The notes: a model not told the origin generated them from the sequence alone. Counted from the first letter of the stretch, positions 49,960-60,947 are shown. The stretch is 64,000 nucleotides of DNA from Candidatus Kerfeldbacteria bacterium (GCA_903825245.1 CAIJZX010000031.1:14413-78412); one strand, 5' to 3'. Translations and numbers: made by a program.

Positions 49960-52200
49960 TCAACTCGGTTTGACTTGCGCGATAAGTCGCTGATCAACGA
50001 GCTTAATTCCGGTCACTTTCACCGCTTGCGCTACGGCTTTCTTTTTCTGTAGATGTAATCCGTGTTTTGTTTTCGCCCAATAGTGCGGTTGCGTAAACAT
50101 TTCGTAAACCGCTCGCCAGGCTGAAATACTCATCGCTAACCAATAGAACGGTACGAGGAAGACGTACTTGATGATATCGTCGTATTCGCGCTTCGCACAG
50201 CCGATCATGTAGTAGTAGATGTAGAGGAAGTTGCCGAAAATGAGCGAGAACACAGCCATATACAGGACTGGCGCCGGGAAGAAAGACTCGATAAACGACC
50301 CAACGAATGGCCGTAGCGAGAAGTACGCGATAGTGATTATCCACATCGTCGGATTGATGAACATCGAAAGAATCTTGCCACCGACGACGAGCTGGAACGT
50401 AATGACGTGTGGCTCTTTCCAATCGCGCATAAAGCGTTGCGGGTGGCGCATGTGAACTAAATAGGTTTGCATGTAGCCCTTAATCCAGCGCGTCCGTTGC
50501 TGGAACCAATTCATCATATCGCTATTCGCCTCTTCCATCGTCATCGAATTCACCACGGCGGTTCGATAGCCATGCTTGACGAGGCGCATGCCGAGATCGC
50601 AATCCTCGGTGACATTAAACGCATCCCAACCCTGTAAATGGTGAAGATCTTTCGTTCGAAAGTGGTTTGACGTACCACCGAGTGGAATTGGGGCGTGAAT
50701 CGACTGCAGGCCGGTCAAAACGAGATCAAACCACAACGAGTACTCGGCGGTAAATACGCGGGTCAGGATATTTTGATGCGGGTTATAAAAATTGAGTTTT
50801 GCTTGAATACATACCGTGCGATCATCGGCTTGGCGGAACGCGAGCACAGCTTTCTTCAATTGTTGCGGATCAGGAATATCTTCCGCATCGTAAACAACAC
50901 TGAATTCACCGGTTGCTTTCGTTAATCCGTAATTTAGCGCTTTCGGTTTCGTTTTCGGTTTCGAATGAGGAATGACTTCAATTTGAAAATACGACGGCAG
51001 CGAAAAACCGCGTGCCTTTCGGATAGTCTCTTTATCGTCTTCTTCAAGCAGTAATAGAACCTGCAGTTTCTCTTTCGGATAATCCAACCGACTCATAGCC
51101 GAGACAAACTGCGGTAACACTTTCCATTCCTTATAGAGTGGGCAGAAAATTGTGTAGGTCGGCCAGGTCGTTGGTTCGGCTAATGCGGTGGAGGTAATTT
51201 GAACTTCTTGTGATTTAGAGAAGCTTCGATAGATGAGGTACAAATTAAAGAGCAAATCGGTAAAATACAATAAGGTGATAATCGCGATAAAAACAGTAAT
51301 GGTCACGTGCCAATTTATATAAAGACTTACGAGTAATACAGCAAGCAACACGGTTGTTACAAAAACCTGTGGTCGCGAGAGACGATGGAAGGCGCTATCA
51401 CTTTCGTGCAAATTCGAATGCGGAATAAACTCCTGACCGTGGTGGTGAAAACCATGACCCTTCTCTTTCACCTGATCGGCATGAAAGGGAATAGCTTGGA
51501 GACGCCGAAATTTGAAAGCAATTGCGGCTGTACTCATCGTCGGAGTCGCGGTTATCAATGAGCGCTTTGATTTTCCGGCATACCGGCGTTGATGGAGAAT
51601 CGGTACTTCAACAATATCGTAGCCGGCGTTACGAGCTTGACGTAAAAACTCAAGATCGAACGACCACCCGTGAGCCTGGATGGTAACTCGTTCAAGAATT
51701 TCTCGTCGAAATACTTTCAATCCAGATTGGACATCGTATGACAGGTCGTGCAGTAAATACCCAAAGATATTTTGATACGAACGACTCGCCAAGCGTCGAA
51801 ACCAGTTCGTTTCCGAACGTTGCCGCTGGGCAATGACGACGCCCGTATTACCGGTAAGTTTGCGCATCATTTTTGGTAATACACTCGGGGAGTACTGCAA
51901 ATCAGCGTCCAGGACCGCTACCGTTTCATACCGAAGATGTCGACTCGCTTCAATGATCGCTTCGGCTCTTCCGGTTCTTCCAAGTTGTTGCACAACACGA
52001 ACCGGCCAACGGCGCGCAAGGGAACGAGCTACTGCCAAGGTATTATCCGTGGAGTAATCATCTACGATGACAATTTCATATTGTATGTGCGGCTTGCTTA
52101 GCGCTTGATGAATTTGACGAACTAACAGCGGCAGGTTCTCTGCCTCATTCTTCGCCGGTACGATAATCGATAATCTTGGTTGTGTTTTCACAAAAGACAA
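49960..52200 (-). CDS. Two-domain GT2 glycosyltransferase (DPM1-like plus processive QRxRW type)
   Basis: N: IIVPAKNE, VDDYSTD, LDADLQ, DVQSGLK; C: PLYKE, KPKALN, YDAED, VTED, QRTRW; start uncertain (TTG). Confidence 0.9.
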   Translation of the reverse strand: MSFVKTQPRLSIIVPAKNEAENLPLLVRQIHQALSKPHIQYEIVIVDDYSTDNTLAVARSLARRWPVRVVQQLGRTGRAEAIIEASRHLRYETVAVLDADLQYSPSVLPKMMRKLTGNTGVVIAQRQRSETNWFRRLASRSYQNIFGYLLHDLSYDVQSGLKVFRREILERVTIQAHGWSFDLEFLRQARNAGYDIVEVPILHQRRYAGKSKRSLITATPTMSTAAIAFKFRRLQAIPFHADQVKEKGHGFHHHGQEFIPHSNLHESDSAFHRLSRPQVFVTTVLLAVLLVSLYINWHVTITVFIAIITLLYFTDLLFNLYLIYRSFSKSQEVQITSTALAEPTTWPTYTIFCPLYKEWKVLPQFVSAMSRLDYPKEKLQVLLLLEEDDKETIRKARGFSLPSYFQIEVIPHSKPKTKPKALNYGLTKATGEFSVVYDAEDIPDPQQLKKAVLAFRQADDRTVCIQAKLNFYNPHQNILTRVFTAEYSLWFDLVLTGLQSIHAPIPLGGTSNHFRTKDLHHLQGWDAFNVTEDCDLGMRLVKHGYRTAVVNSMTMEEANSDMMNWFQQRTRWIKGYMQTYLVHMRHPQRFMRDWKEPHVITFQLVVGGKILSMFINPTMWIITIAYFSLRPFVGSFIESFFPAPVLYMAVFSLIFGNFLYIYYYMIGCAKREYDDIIKYVFLVPFYWLAMSISAWRAVYEMFTQPHYWAKTKHGLHLQKKKAVAQAVKVTGIKLVDQRLIAQVKPS

Positions 52201-52456
52201 GGTTTTTTAATTTTTCTTAGACAGATACAATTTATCCAAACACAAAATAACTAAGGACCAGTCAGAACTGATTTTCGCCCCTTTCTTACATTTCGTAACT
52301 GTAGGTTGATTCATGTGAATTGTCGTTTTTATCCAATATCAGGAGGAATAATGGCAGAACTACTCAGAGCGCCTTTTGCGCAAACTTTGTTTTGTCTAAG
52401 CTGGATAGTTAAGCAATTCTTCAGTAATTTGTCAATAAATAGCTAGCAGGCTGTTC

Positions 52457-52864
52457 CTACCCTTCCAACTCCTGCTTATCCAACGCCTCATTCACGAGCG
52501 CATCGGCGGCGGCATTTTGTTCGCGCCTGACGACGTTGAATTTGACCTTGCCGATATGGTTCTTCAGGGAAATACACTTGATGTACCACGGTGCTAATTC
52601 TTTATTCTTCACTTTATACTCGCCGCGGAGTTGCTTGACGATGAGTTCACTATCGGCATAGAGATCGACTTCAGTACCGCCGTGTTGCTGCACCCACGAC
52701 AACGCAGCGTGAACAGCTTGGTACTCGGCTTGGTTGTTCGTCGTATTGCCGATGGTTTGGGCAATGGTATGGACAAGTTTACCGTCGTGTTCAATCACGG
52801 CGCCGATAGCTGATGGTCCGGGATTGCCGCGCGCGCCGCCGTCGGTGTGAATCGTATAGATCAT
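52457..52864 (-). CDS. rnhA: Ribonuclease HI
   Basis: TDGGARGNPGP, TNNQAEY, DSELIVKQ, REQN..AD.L.N. Confidence 0.93.
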   Translation of the reverse strand: MIYTIHTDGGARGNPGPSAIGAVIEHDGKLVHTIAQTIGNTTNNQAEYQAVHAALSWVQQHGGTEVDLYADSELIVKQLRGEYKVKNKELAPWYIKCISLKNHIGKVKFNVVRREQNAAADALVNEALDKQELEG

Positions 52865-54579
52865 ACGTGTGGTCGAACATCAATAATGCGTAATTGCGGC
52901 TGCTTTCTCCCCTGCCAAATGTTCCAGGTCGCCTCGACGGCGAGGTCGATGTGTTCGCCGATTGGGAATTCATTACGGCGCGTCCCGAAACGGAAGCCGA
53001 TACACTGACGCGATTCATTGCCGTCGGAAATGGTGAGGCGGATATGTTGACCGTCGCTCCCGACCGCGTCGACGCGTTGCACGCGGGCTTTCTCAATAGC
53101 AAAGAGTGGCCGAATATTTTCCATGCCGTAGGGCCCAAGCTGATCGAGAAAATCTAAAGCGTCGGGCGAGAAATCTTGTAAGGCTGCGCGCCCGACAAGT
53201 TCGAGTGTTTTCGTCGAGGCACTCGGTTCCCATTCCTTCGCCATGCGTTCGCGGAACCAGCCTTCGAATGCTTCACGTTTGTCAGGACTGACGAGCGTAA
53301 ACCCGCAGGCGCCCGGATGTCCGCCGTAACGAAGGAAGAACTCGCGACCATCATCCATGACCGACATAATGTTCACCCCCGGAACCGAACGGCCGGAACC
53401 GATAATCTCGCCGTCGTTTTCCGACATCACCAGCACCGGACGCCAGAGGCGATCCGCGAGTCGACCGGCCACGAGTCCTAAGATACCCGGCGACCAATGC
53501 GGCGCAAAAGCGGTGGCGGCGGCTGGATGCGGCGAGACTTCAACCTGCTCCAGCGCTTCGGCGGTCGCCATTTCGGTGAGCTGTTGACGATCCTGGTTGA
53601 TACCTTGCAGTTGCTCGGCGAGTTGCTGGGCAATCGCTGGATCCGTGCTCAAGAGTAATTCCAACGCTAACGACGCATGGTGCAGGCGTCCGGCGGCGTT
53701 GATACGCGGCGCTAAGTGGTAACCAATCGTGTGTTCATCGGCGCGATCGAGCTGACTGCCCATGACGGCGAATAAAGCGCGAATACCCGGACGTTTCGTT
53801 TTCCGCAACACCATTAAGCCGAAGCGAACAAGAATTCTATTTTCGCCGTGCAGCGGCATCATATCGGCCACCGTTGAAATTGCGACCAAATCAAGTAGCC
53901 ATTTTTCCCAGCCTGGAGTTTGCGGCTTACCAATTTTTTCGCCGTTGTTCGTAGCGATGACTAACGCGCGCACCAAGGCGAAAGCCACCCCGGCCGAAGA
54001 TAACCCGCGGAACGGATACGTTTCTTTCGGAAAGACCGGGTTGATAATGGCATCCGCCGGCGGCAATTCGGCCGGTTGGTGATGGTGGTCGAGGACGATG
54101 ACGTCGAGACCAAGCGATTTCGCCGTATTGATTTCTTCAACGTTCGATGTGCCGCAATCAACCGTGACCAGGACTTTCGTCCCCTGCTCGGCGAATGATT
54201 TCATGGCTTGCACGTTTAAGCCATATCCTTCGGACAACCGTTCCGGTAAGTACCAACTCACATTCGCGCCGAGCGCGCGCAGCGCTTCTACCACCACGGC
54301 GGTTGAGGTCACACCGTCAGCATCGTAATCGCCGTAGACTGTTATCGGTTCATGTTCCGTGATTGCCTTGATGATGCGATCAGTGGCAACATGCATCTGC
54401 TTGAACAGAAACGGATCCGCGAGGTGCGAATACTCCGGTTCGAGAAAATCACGGATTGCTTCCGGCGATGCAAGCTGGTGACGCCACAGCACGAGTTGCG
54501 CGATGCGCGGCGTGGCGACGAGATCGCGGACAAATTCGGCGGTTGGTTCGTCGGCAATATGCCAAATACTTTTTATCAT
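52861..54579 (-). CDS. recJ: ssDNA exonuclease RecJ
   Basis: GDYDADG, TVDCG, DHH, PRINAAGR, GSGRS, GGH. Confidence 0.95.
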   Translation of the reverse strand: MIKSIWHIADEPTAEFVRDLVATPRIAQLVLWRHQLASPEAIRDFLEPEYSHLADPFLFKQMHVATDRIIKAITEHEPITVYGDYDADGVTSTAVVVEALRALGANVSWYLPERLSEGYGLNVQAMKSFAEQGTKVLVTVDCGTSNVEEINTAKSLGLDVIVLDHHHQPAELPPADAIINPVFPKETYPFRGLSSAGVAFALVRALVIATNNGEKIGKPQTPGWEKWLLDLVAISTVADMMPLHGENRILVRFGLMVLRKTKRPGIRALFAVMGSQLDRADEHTIGYHLAPRINAAGRLHHASLALELLLSTDPAIAQQLAEQLQGINQDRQQLTEMATAEALEQVEVSPHPAAATAFAPHWSPGILGLVAGRLADRLWRPVLVMSENDGEIIGSGRSVPGVNIMSVMDDGREFFLRYGGHPGACGFTLVSPDKREAFEGWFRERMAKEWEPSASTKTLELVGRAALQDFSPDALDFLDQLGPYGMENIRPLFAIEKARVQRVDAVGSDGQHIRLTISDGNESRQCIGFRFGTRRNEFPIGEHIDLAVEATWNIWQGRKQPQLRIIDVRPHV

Positions 54580-56171
54580 AATCCAGAAAAGAGATTGTGC
54601 CCCGTCATCGACGGCGGAATCGGCAAACCCGCCAGTGCTAAGAGCGTCGGCGCGATGTCCGCCAAAACGCCGACCGGCGTTTGGGTTGATAAGTCGCGCA
54701 TCGGCGAATGATAGCGAGCGATGATGCCCGGCGACAAATCGTGACCGACGACAATGAAGGGCACCGGATTCGCTGAATGCTGCTTACTGACTTCGCCAGT
54801 TTGCGAATCAATTTTCGCTTCAGCATTGCCGTGATCACCGGTGATAGCCACGATGCCGTGGACTTCCATCGCGGCGGTGACAATTTGTCCGATAAAGTCA
54901 TCAACAATTTCGACAGACTTAATAGTAACCGGTAAATTGCCGGTGTGGCCAATCATATCGGGATTAGCAAAATTGACAACGATGAAGGCGTATTGACCGG
55001 AACCGAGCGCTTGTACGACTCGTTCACAAATACCGCGTGCGCCCATTTCCGGTTTCTGGTCATACGACGGCACCATCGGTGATGGGATGAGCGTCCGTTC
55101 TTCGCCGGGAAATGCCGTTTCAACGCCGCCGTTGAAGAAGAACGTGACGTGAGCGTACTTTTCCGTTTCGGCGACGTGGAGTTGTTTCAAGCCGGCATCG
55201 CTGTAGACTTTAGCCAGCGGCTCGGTTACCACTTCCGGCGGAAAGGCAATCGTGACCGGAATATCTTTCTCGTATTCAGTCATAGTCACGAACGTCAGAT
55301 CGCGCAAGTACTCAGTACGCGGGAACTTTTCGAATCCCGGGAGGACAAACGCCTTGGTCAACTGCCTGGCGCGATCGTTGCGGAAATTGAAAAAAATGAC
55401 GGCATCATGGCCGTTGACAGTAGCCACCGGTTGGCCGTTGTTGGTGACAACGGTCGGGACAAACTGTTCATCAAACACACCGGTGCTGTAGGATTGCGTT
55501 ATAGCGTCTGTCGGATTGGCCGTGGTCGGACCTTTGCCGAGCACCATCGCGTCGTACGCCAGTTGAATCCGATCCCAATGATTATCACGATCCATCGCGT
55601 AGAATCGTCCGGATATCGTGGCAATTTTTCCCACACCGAGGTCGCGTATTTTCTGCTCTAACCGACTCACATATTCCACGCCACTATTGTATGGCGAGTC
55701 GCGTCCGTCGAGAATAACGTGAACAAAAACTGAGGTTACTTTTTGTTGCGCACACAGATCCAGCAAGGCAAACGCATGCTCATCGAGACTATGGACCCCG
55801 GCCGAGCTGAACATGCCGATTATGTGGACGCTGGCATTATGGTCTTTGGCGTTGGTTATCGCTTGAAGAAATGCGGAGTTCGTCAGAAAACTTCCGTCCA
55901 TAATCGACCGGGTGATACGCGGCAGATCTTGGTAGATGACACGGCCGGAACCGATGCTCAAGTGCCCCACTTCGGAATTACCCATCTCGCCCCAGGGCAA
56001 ACCAACGGAGTCGCCGGCTGCCTGTAGTGTAACGGTCGGGTTTTCGGTGATCAGTTTATCAAGCACCGGCGTCTTAGCCATCGCAATCGCATTACCGCGC
56101 GACGGCGCAGCGACACCAAAACCATCGACGATGAGCAGGACGATTGGTTGCCGCTTTGGCGCAGTACTCAT
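54576..56171 (-). CDS. gpmI: 2,3-BPG-independent phosphoglycerate mutase, copy 2
   Basis: GNSEVGH, DGRD, GRFYAMDRD, AETEKYAHVTFFFNGG, DMIGHTG, DHGN. Confidence 0.95.
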   Translation of the reverse strand: MSTAPKRQPIVLLIVDGFGVAAPSRGNAIAMAKTPVLDKLITENPTVTLQAAGDSVGLPWGEMGNSEVGHLSIGSGRVIYQDLPRITRSIMDGSFLTNSAFLQAITNAKDHNASVHIIGMFSSAGVHSLDEHAFALLDLCAQQKVTSVFVHVILDGRDSPYNSGVEYVSRLEQKIRDLGVGKIATISGRFYAMDRDNHWDRIQLAYDAMVLGKGPTTANPTDAITQSYSTGVFDEQFVPTVVTNNGQPVATVNGHDAVIFFNFRNDRARQLTKAFVLPGFEKFPRTEYLRDLTFVTMTEYEKDIPVTIAFPPEVVTEPLAKVYSDAGLKQLHVAETEKYAHVTFFFNGGVETAFPGEERTLIPSPMVPSYDQKPEMGARGICERVVQALGSGQYAFIVVNFANPDMIGHTGNLPVTIKSVEIVDDFIGQIVTAAMEVHGIVAITGDHGNAEAKIDSQTGEVSKQHSANPVPFIVVGHDLSPGIIARYHSPMRDLSTQTPVGVLADIAPTLLALAGLPIPPSMTGHNLFSGL

Positions 56172-57712
56172 GCCACCACCAAATTATCGCCGGTCATTTC
56201 GGCTGGTACCGCGTGACCAATTAATCGCAGCAGTGTTGGCGCCACATCGCCGAGCTTGCCTTCTTTCAACTGTAGCATCGTCATGGTATTGGAAATCACA
56301 TACAGTGGCACCGGATTGGTAGAATGTTCCGTATCGACTTCACCGGTCTTGGCGTTTGTCAGTTCTTCGATGTTGCCATGATCAGCGGTGACGGCTAATA
56401 GTCCGTCAGCAGCCAATACAGCTGCTTCAATCTTTTTCAGACAGCCGTCAGTAATTTCCATAGCCGCGATACTCGCCGGTAGATTTCCGGTATGCGCGAC
56501 CATATCCGTATTGGCAAAATTGAGGACGATCACGTCGTGGCTCTTGGTGGTAATAGCGGTGATCACACGCTCGGTAATAATATCGCTACTCATGCCCGGA
56601 GCCAAGTCATACGTTTTTACCGCCGGTGACGGAATCATGACTCGATCTTCACCGCCGACCGGATCGGCGTATCCGCCGTTGAAGAAGTACGTGACGTGAG
56701 CGTACTTTTCACTTTCCGCAATGTAGAGCTGTCGTTTATCGCGCAGGACCATCGGTAAGGTATTTCGTAACTGCATGGCGGGAAAGGCAGTCAGGATTGT
56801 ATCAAGATCCGGACCGAAATCGGTCATCGCCACAAAGGTCATATTCTTGACGACGCGCGATCGTTGAAAACAGTTTGTGCTCGCGTTAAGTCGTTCAAAA
56901 TCTGTTTGCACAAACGCTTTGGTCAGTTGCCGGGCGCGATCCGATCGCAAATTGAAATAAATAACCGCGTCATTGTCTTGAATGCCTTGATAATTTCCGA
57001 CGGTGGTCGGGGTTATGAATTCATCGCTCTCGCCGCGATTATACGCCTGGGTAATCGCTTCCAGCGGTTCATTCACATGGTGAACACCAGCGCCGTTGAT
57101 GATCGATTCGTAGGCGGCCTCGGTTCGCGACCAATCTTTATTTCGATCCATGGCATAAAATCGTCCCATGATCGTCGCCACTTTTGCATCACCGAAATGT
57201 GGAATGAACTTTTCCATAATTTCCCGCGCAAAAAATCGCGGTGAATCACGGCCGTCCGTGAACAGGTGCAATTTAATATCGCGAAGATGGTTATTGTGCG
57301 CCAATAACAAGAGCCCCAACAAATGATCAGGATTCGCATGAGCGCTTTGCGTATTGCCAAACATGCCCATGATATGGAGCGTGGAGTGGTGTTTTTGGAC
57401 GTGGTGGATCGCCGCTAAGAAGGCCGGATTGCGAAAAAACGTTCCCTCGCTCAAGCTTTGCGAAATGCGACTATCGTCTTGCGGTACCATCCGGCCAGCC
57501 CCAAGATTCATGTGTCCGGCTTCGGAATTCCCATCTTGGTCTTCCGCTAAACCAACCGCCAGGCCACTCGCAGCCAATTTCGTGTGGGGATATTTTTCTT
57601 GCCAGCTGTGAATTGTTGGTGTCTTGGCCAACGCCTCAGCATTACCAGGATACATCGGTCCGATGCCCCAGCCGTCGAGAATCGCTAGTACTAACGGTCC
57701 CTTGATACTCAT
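56168..57712 (-). CDS. gpmI: 2,3-BPG-independent phosphoglycerate mutase, copy 1
   Basis: GNSEAGH, DGRD, GRFYAMDR, AESEKYAHVTYFFNGG, DMVAHTG, DHGN. Confidence 0.95.
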   Translation of the reverse strand: MSIKGPLVLAILDGWGIGPMYPGNAEALAKTPTIHSWQEKYPHTKLAASGLAVGLAEDQDGNSEAGHMNLGAGRMVPQDDSRISQSLSEGTFFRNPAFLAAIHHVQKHHSTLHIMGMFGNTQSAHANPDHLLGLLLLAHNNHLRDIKLHLFTDGRDSPRFFAREIMEKFIPHFGDAKVATIMGRFYAMDRNKDWSRTEAAYESIINGAGVHHVNEPLEAITQAYNRGESDEFITPTTVGNYQGIQDNDAVIYFNLRSDRARQLTKAFVQTDFERLNASTNCFQRSRVVKNMTFVAMTDFGPDLDTILTAFPAMQLRNTLPMVLRDKRQLYIAESEKYAHVTYFFNGGYADPVGGEDRVMIPSPAVKTYDLAPGMSSDIITERVITAITTKSHDVIVLNFANTDMVAHTGNLPASIAAMEITDGCLKKIEAAVLAADGLLAVTADHGNIEELTNAKTGEVDTEHSTNPVPLYVISNTMTMLQLKEGKLGDVAPTLLRLIGHAVPAEMTGDNLVVA

Positions 57713-58968
57713 GCCTTCAGTTCCTGTTCAATCGCGAGTAGCCGGTTGTACTTCGCCACGCGTTCACCGCGAGCCGGCGCACCAGCCTTCAAGAACGGCG
57801 CACCAACCGCGACCGCTAAGTCACTCACAAACGTATCGAGGGTTTCACCAGAGCGGTGCGAAATTACTACCGTGTAGTTAGCGGCTTGTGCTTTTTGAAT
57901 CGTATCAATCGTTTCGCTTACCGTGCCAATTTGATTTGGTTTAATCAAAATCGCATTGGCCGCGCCTTCATGAATACCGCGATCGAGGCGGCTGCTATTC
58001 GTGACGAATACATCATCACCGACAATCATCGTTTTGTCGCGAAGTTTTTGTGTCAGGTCGTGCCAACCTTGCCAATCATCTTCCGCTAACGGATCTTCGT
58101 ACGAGATGATTGGATACCGTTCCAGCCATTCACTTAGTAAGCCAGTTATACCGGTTGATGATAAGCCGCCGGCTGTATTTCCGAGGAGATAGCGTTCGGT
58201 GGCCGCATCATAAAAGGTGCTGCTGGCAAAATCGATCGCCAGTGCGACGTCTGCCGGTGACGTGTATCCAGCATTGATAATAGCTTGGACCAGCAAATCC
58301 AAAGCTGCGACGTCTTCCGATAACCGCGGCGCGTAGCCGCCTTCATCGCCGACGAGGGTCGACAGTTTTTTTTCTGTCAACAGAGTGAAGAGTGCATGAT
58401 ACACGTTCGCGCCGCGCTCGATACGCTCCGCGACCGTCGCGCCGTCAGGAACAATCATGAATTCCTGAATCGCTAATCCATCATCAGCATGTTTTCCGCC
58501 GTTGATAATGTTCATCATCGGACGCGGTAATTTTTTTCCATCAATCTCGGGAAAGGCGTACGATTGCTGGAGAGCCCGATAGAGCGGTTGTTTCTGTAAG
58601 GCGGCGTTAGCGCGCATCGTCGCTAACGATACGCTCAATATTGCATTGGCGCCCAACGATGATTTATTCATCGTCCCATCAAGTTCAATCATGATGCTGT
58701 CATTCCCTCGTTGATCGCGAATATCTTTCCCGCGTAGCGCTTTGGCGATTGGGCCTTCAACATTGGCGATCGCTTTCAGCACACCTTGGCCAAGGTTGTG
58801 TGCCATATCACCGTCACGCAGTTCCAAGGCCTCATGACTACCGGTTGAAGCGCCTGACGGCACTGCAGCCACGCCGCTGACGCCGGTATCAAGATTGACG
58901 GTTGTCTCCAGCGTTGGTCGTCCGCGCGAATCGAGAATTTGTCGACTAGTAATAGACTGGATTTCCAT
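57709..58968 (-). CDS. eno: Enolase
   Basis: DSRG.PT, PSGASTG, GDEGG, ILIKPNQIGT, SHRSGET, KYNRLL. Confidence 0.97.
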   Translation of the reverse strand: MEIQSITSRQILDSRGRPTLETTVNLDTGVSGVAAVPSGASTGSHEALELRDGDMAHNLGQGVLKAIANVEGPIAKALRGKDIRDQRGNDSIMIELDGTMNKSSLGANAILSVSLATMRANAALQKQPLYRALQQSYAFPEIDGKKLPRPMMNIINGGKHADDGLAIQEFMIVPDGATVAERIERGANVYHALFTLLTEKKLSTLVGDEGGYAPRLSEDVAALDLLVQAIINAGYTSPADVALAIDFASSTFYDAATERYLLGNTAGGLSSTGITGLLSEWLERYPIISYEDPLAEDDWQGWHDLTQKLRDKTMIVGDDVFVTNSSRLDRGIHEGAANAILIKPNQIGTVSETIDTIQKAQAANYTVVISHRSGETLDTFVSDLAVAVGAPFLKAGAPARGERVAKYNRLLAIEQELKA

Positions 58969-58980
58969 AAGCGAGATCGG

Positions 58981-60153
58981 TTAGCGTTGGATAGTGACGG
59001 CGACGCCGGGAAGAGTTTTGCCTTCCAGCATTTCGAGCATCGCGCCACCACCGGTTGAAAGAAAAGTAAATTTTGAACTCACCCCCGAGCGTCGGATCGC
59101 ATCAACCGTTTCTCCGCCACCGGCCACACTCAAACACGGTTGTTTGGCGATAACACGAGCCAGCGCTAATGTACCTCGATCGAACGGCGATAGTTCATAC
59201 ACGCCCATCGGTCCATTCCAAACAATTGTTTTTGCCGTGCGGATGATACGCCGAAAGAGTTCAATCGTGTCCGGTCCAATGTCGAGCACCATTTCTTTCG
59301 GTTGAATATTGCCAACAGCAATCGTACGGGTCGCCACGCCTGAAGTACGCTTTTTTGCTACCACCACGTCGCAGGGAATTTTTAATTTCGCGTCCGTTGA
59401 ATGCAATCCCACGGCGGCTTTCAGCATCGAAGGCTCAGTGAGCGATGCGCCAATCGCCACACCTTCCGCTTGCAAGAGCGTATTGGCGAGTGCTCCGCCG
59501 AGGAGGACAAAGTCCGCCTGCCGCAGTAAACGCTTGATCAGATGCAGTTTGGTAGAAATTTTCGCACCGCCAATAATCGCAACGTAGGGTCGTTTCGGTT
59601 TTTTCAGTAATGTCGTTAAGGTTTTCACTTCTTGCTGGAGTAACAGACCGGCATACATTGGGCGGTACTTAGCGACGCCGACAATCGACGCGTGCGAACG
59701 ATGCGAATCAGCAAAAGCGTCATTGACGACGATTTCCGCAAATGAAGCCAGTCTTTTTGCCACGGCTGGACTATTGTCCTCCTCGCCCGGTTCAAAACGA
59801 ATATTTTCAAGTAGCGCGACTTGCCCTGGCTTCAGGACAATCAGTTGTGCATCGAGCGCCCGATCAAATAGCGGATTGGCTACGAACATCACGGGCCGCT
59901 TCAATAACCGGCAAAGTGCCGGAACAACTGGTTGCAGGGAGTATTTCATGTCGCGGCCTTGCGGTCGGCCACGATGGCTAACCAGAATGACTTTTGCTCC
60001 ATGACGTACTAACCACAAAATGGTCAGAACAGTAGCTTTCAGACGGGTGAGATCGCGAATTTTCCCTTTGCTATCAACTTCGACGTTGTAATCAACCCGA
60101 ACCAGAACCCGTTTATTTCGAACATTAATTTTTCGGATATCACGGAGTCGCAT
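58981..60153 (-). CDS. pgk: Phosphoglycerate kinase
   Basis: RVDYNV, SH.GRP, LLENIRF, GGAKIS.K, WNGPMG, STGGGA. Confidence 0.96.
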   Translation of the reverse strand: MRLRDIRKINVRNKRVLVRVDYNVEVDSKGKIRDLTRLKATVLTILWLVRHGAKVILVSHRGRPQGRDMKYSLQPVVPALCRLLKRPVMFVANPLFDRALDAQLIVLKPGQVALLENIRFEPGEEDNSPAVAKRLASFAEIVVNDAFADSHRSHASIVGVAKYRPMYAGLLLQQEVKTLTTLLKKPKRPYVAIIGGAKISTKLHLIKRLLRQADFVLLGGALANTLLQAEGVAIGASLTEPSMLKAAVGLHSTDAKLKIPCDVVVAKKRTSGVATRTIAVGNIQPKEMVLDIGPDTIELFRRIIRTAKTIVWNGPMGVYELSPFDRGTLALARVIAKQPCLSVAGGGETVDAIRRSGVSSKFTFLSTGGGAMLEMLEGKTLPGVAVTIQR

Positions 60154-60319
60154 ATATCTGAAGTATACCACAACATACGAGCCTTGGATATGCAAGGGTT
60201 GTAATGCCCTCAAGTAAAAAAGTTATCCACTACTCAACCCTTGACGAAAATATTCAACGTACTATGCTAGTCATAGGTGTTTGGCATCTCGGCGTCTGTC
60301 CGATGTTTTTATGTATTGT

Positions 60320-60856
60320 ATGAATAAACGATCAACTATTGTTAGTATTATTTCTGTCATCGTTGTGGCAACTATCGGCATTGCTTGGAGCACCCTCAAA
60401 CCGCCGATAAAGGATACAAGCGTTCAAGTTGGTATCAATAGTACTTTCACGAGTGCGGAGCTTGGAATGACATTCACGTACCCCTCATCGTGGCGTCGTG
60501 ATACCTCACAGGAATTCCAAAAGTATTTGACTGTTACAAGTACGACACCTAACCTCAACCAACAAAGTACTATTGGCGCGGTGAGCGTCAATTCTGTGGG
60601 AAAAAACCCAAAACGTCTTGACCCGACTACGTGGTTCAATGTTGAATTATCCCAAAATGTAGAATCGTTTACTCGTGTTGGTTTGGGTAAGGTACGTTCA
60701 TATACAACGTACACTATTATTGCATCAGAATTACAATCGATGCGACATATCTACATTTTTTCCGGGACAAAAGTAATCGAAGTTTCGTATCCAAATGACC
60801 AGATACAATTTACCTCAACCTACAACGATATTGTGAACTCCATTCAGATTAGGTAA
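60320..60856 (+). CDS. Membrane-anchored extracellular protein (PsbP-like fold possible)
   Basis: N-terminal TM segment, F.YP..W motif, C-terminal Y..IV.SI. Confidence 0.65.
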   Translation: MNKRSTIVSIISVIVVATIGIAWSTLKPPIKDTSVQVGINSTFTSAELGMTFTYPSSWRRDTSQEFQKYLTVTSTTPNLNQQSTIGAVSVNSVGKNPKRLDPTTWFNVELSQNVESFTRVGLGKVRSYTTYTIIASELQSMRHIYIFSGTKVIEVSYPNDQIQFTSTYNDIVNSIQIR

Positions 60857-60947
60857 CGGTCGACTTGCGGATTCCTTGCCGGGTGGCGATCAGGAGTCCG
60901 AAAATCGGTTCTCCAAGCCGTTCCTTCCATCTGAAAGGTGGCGCATA

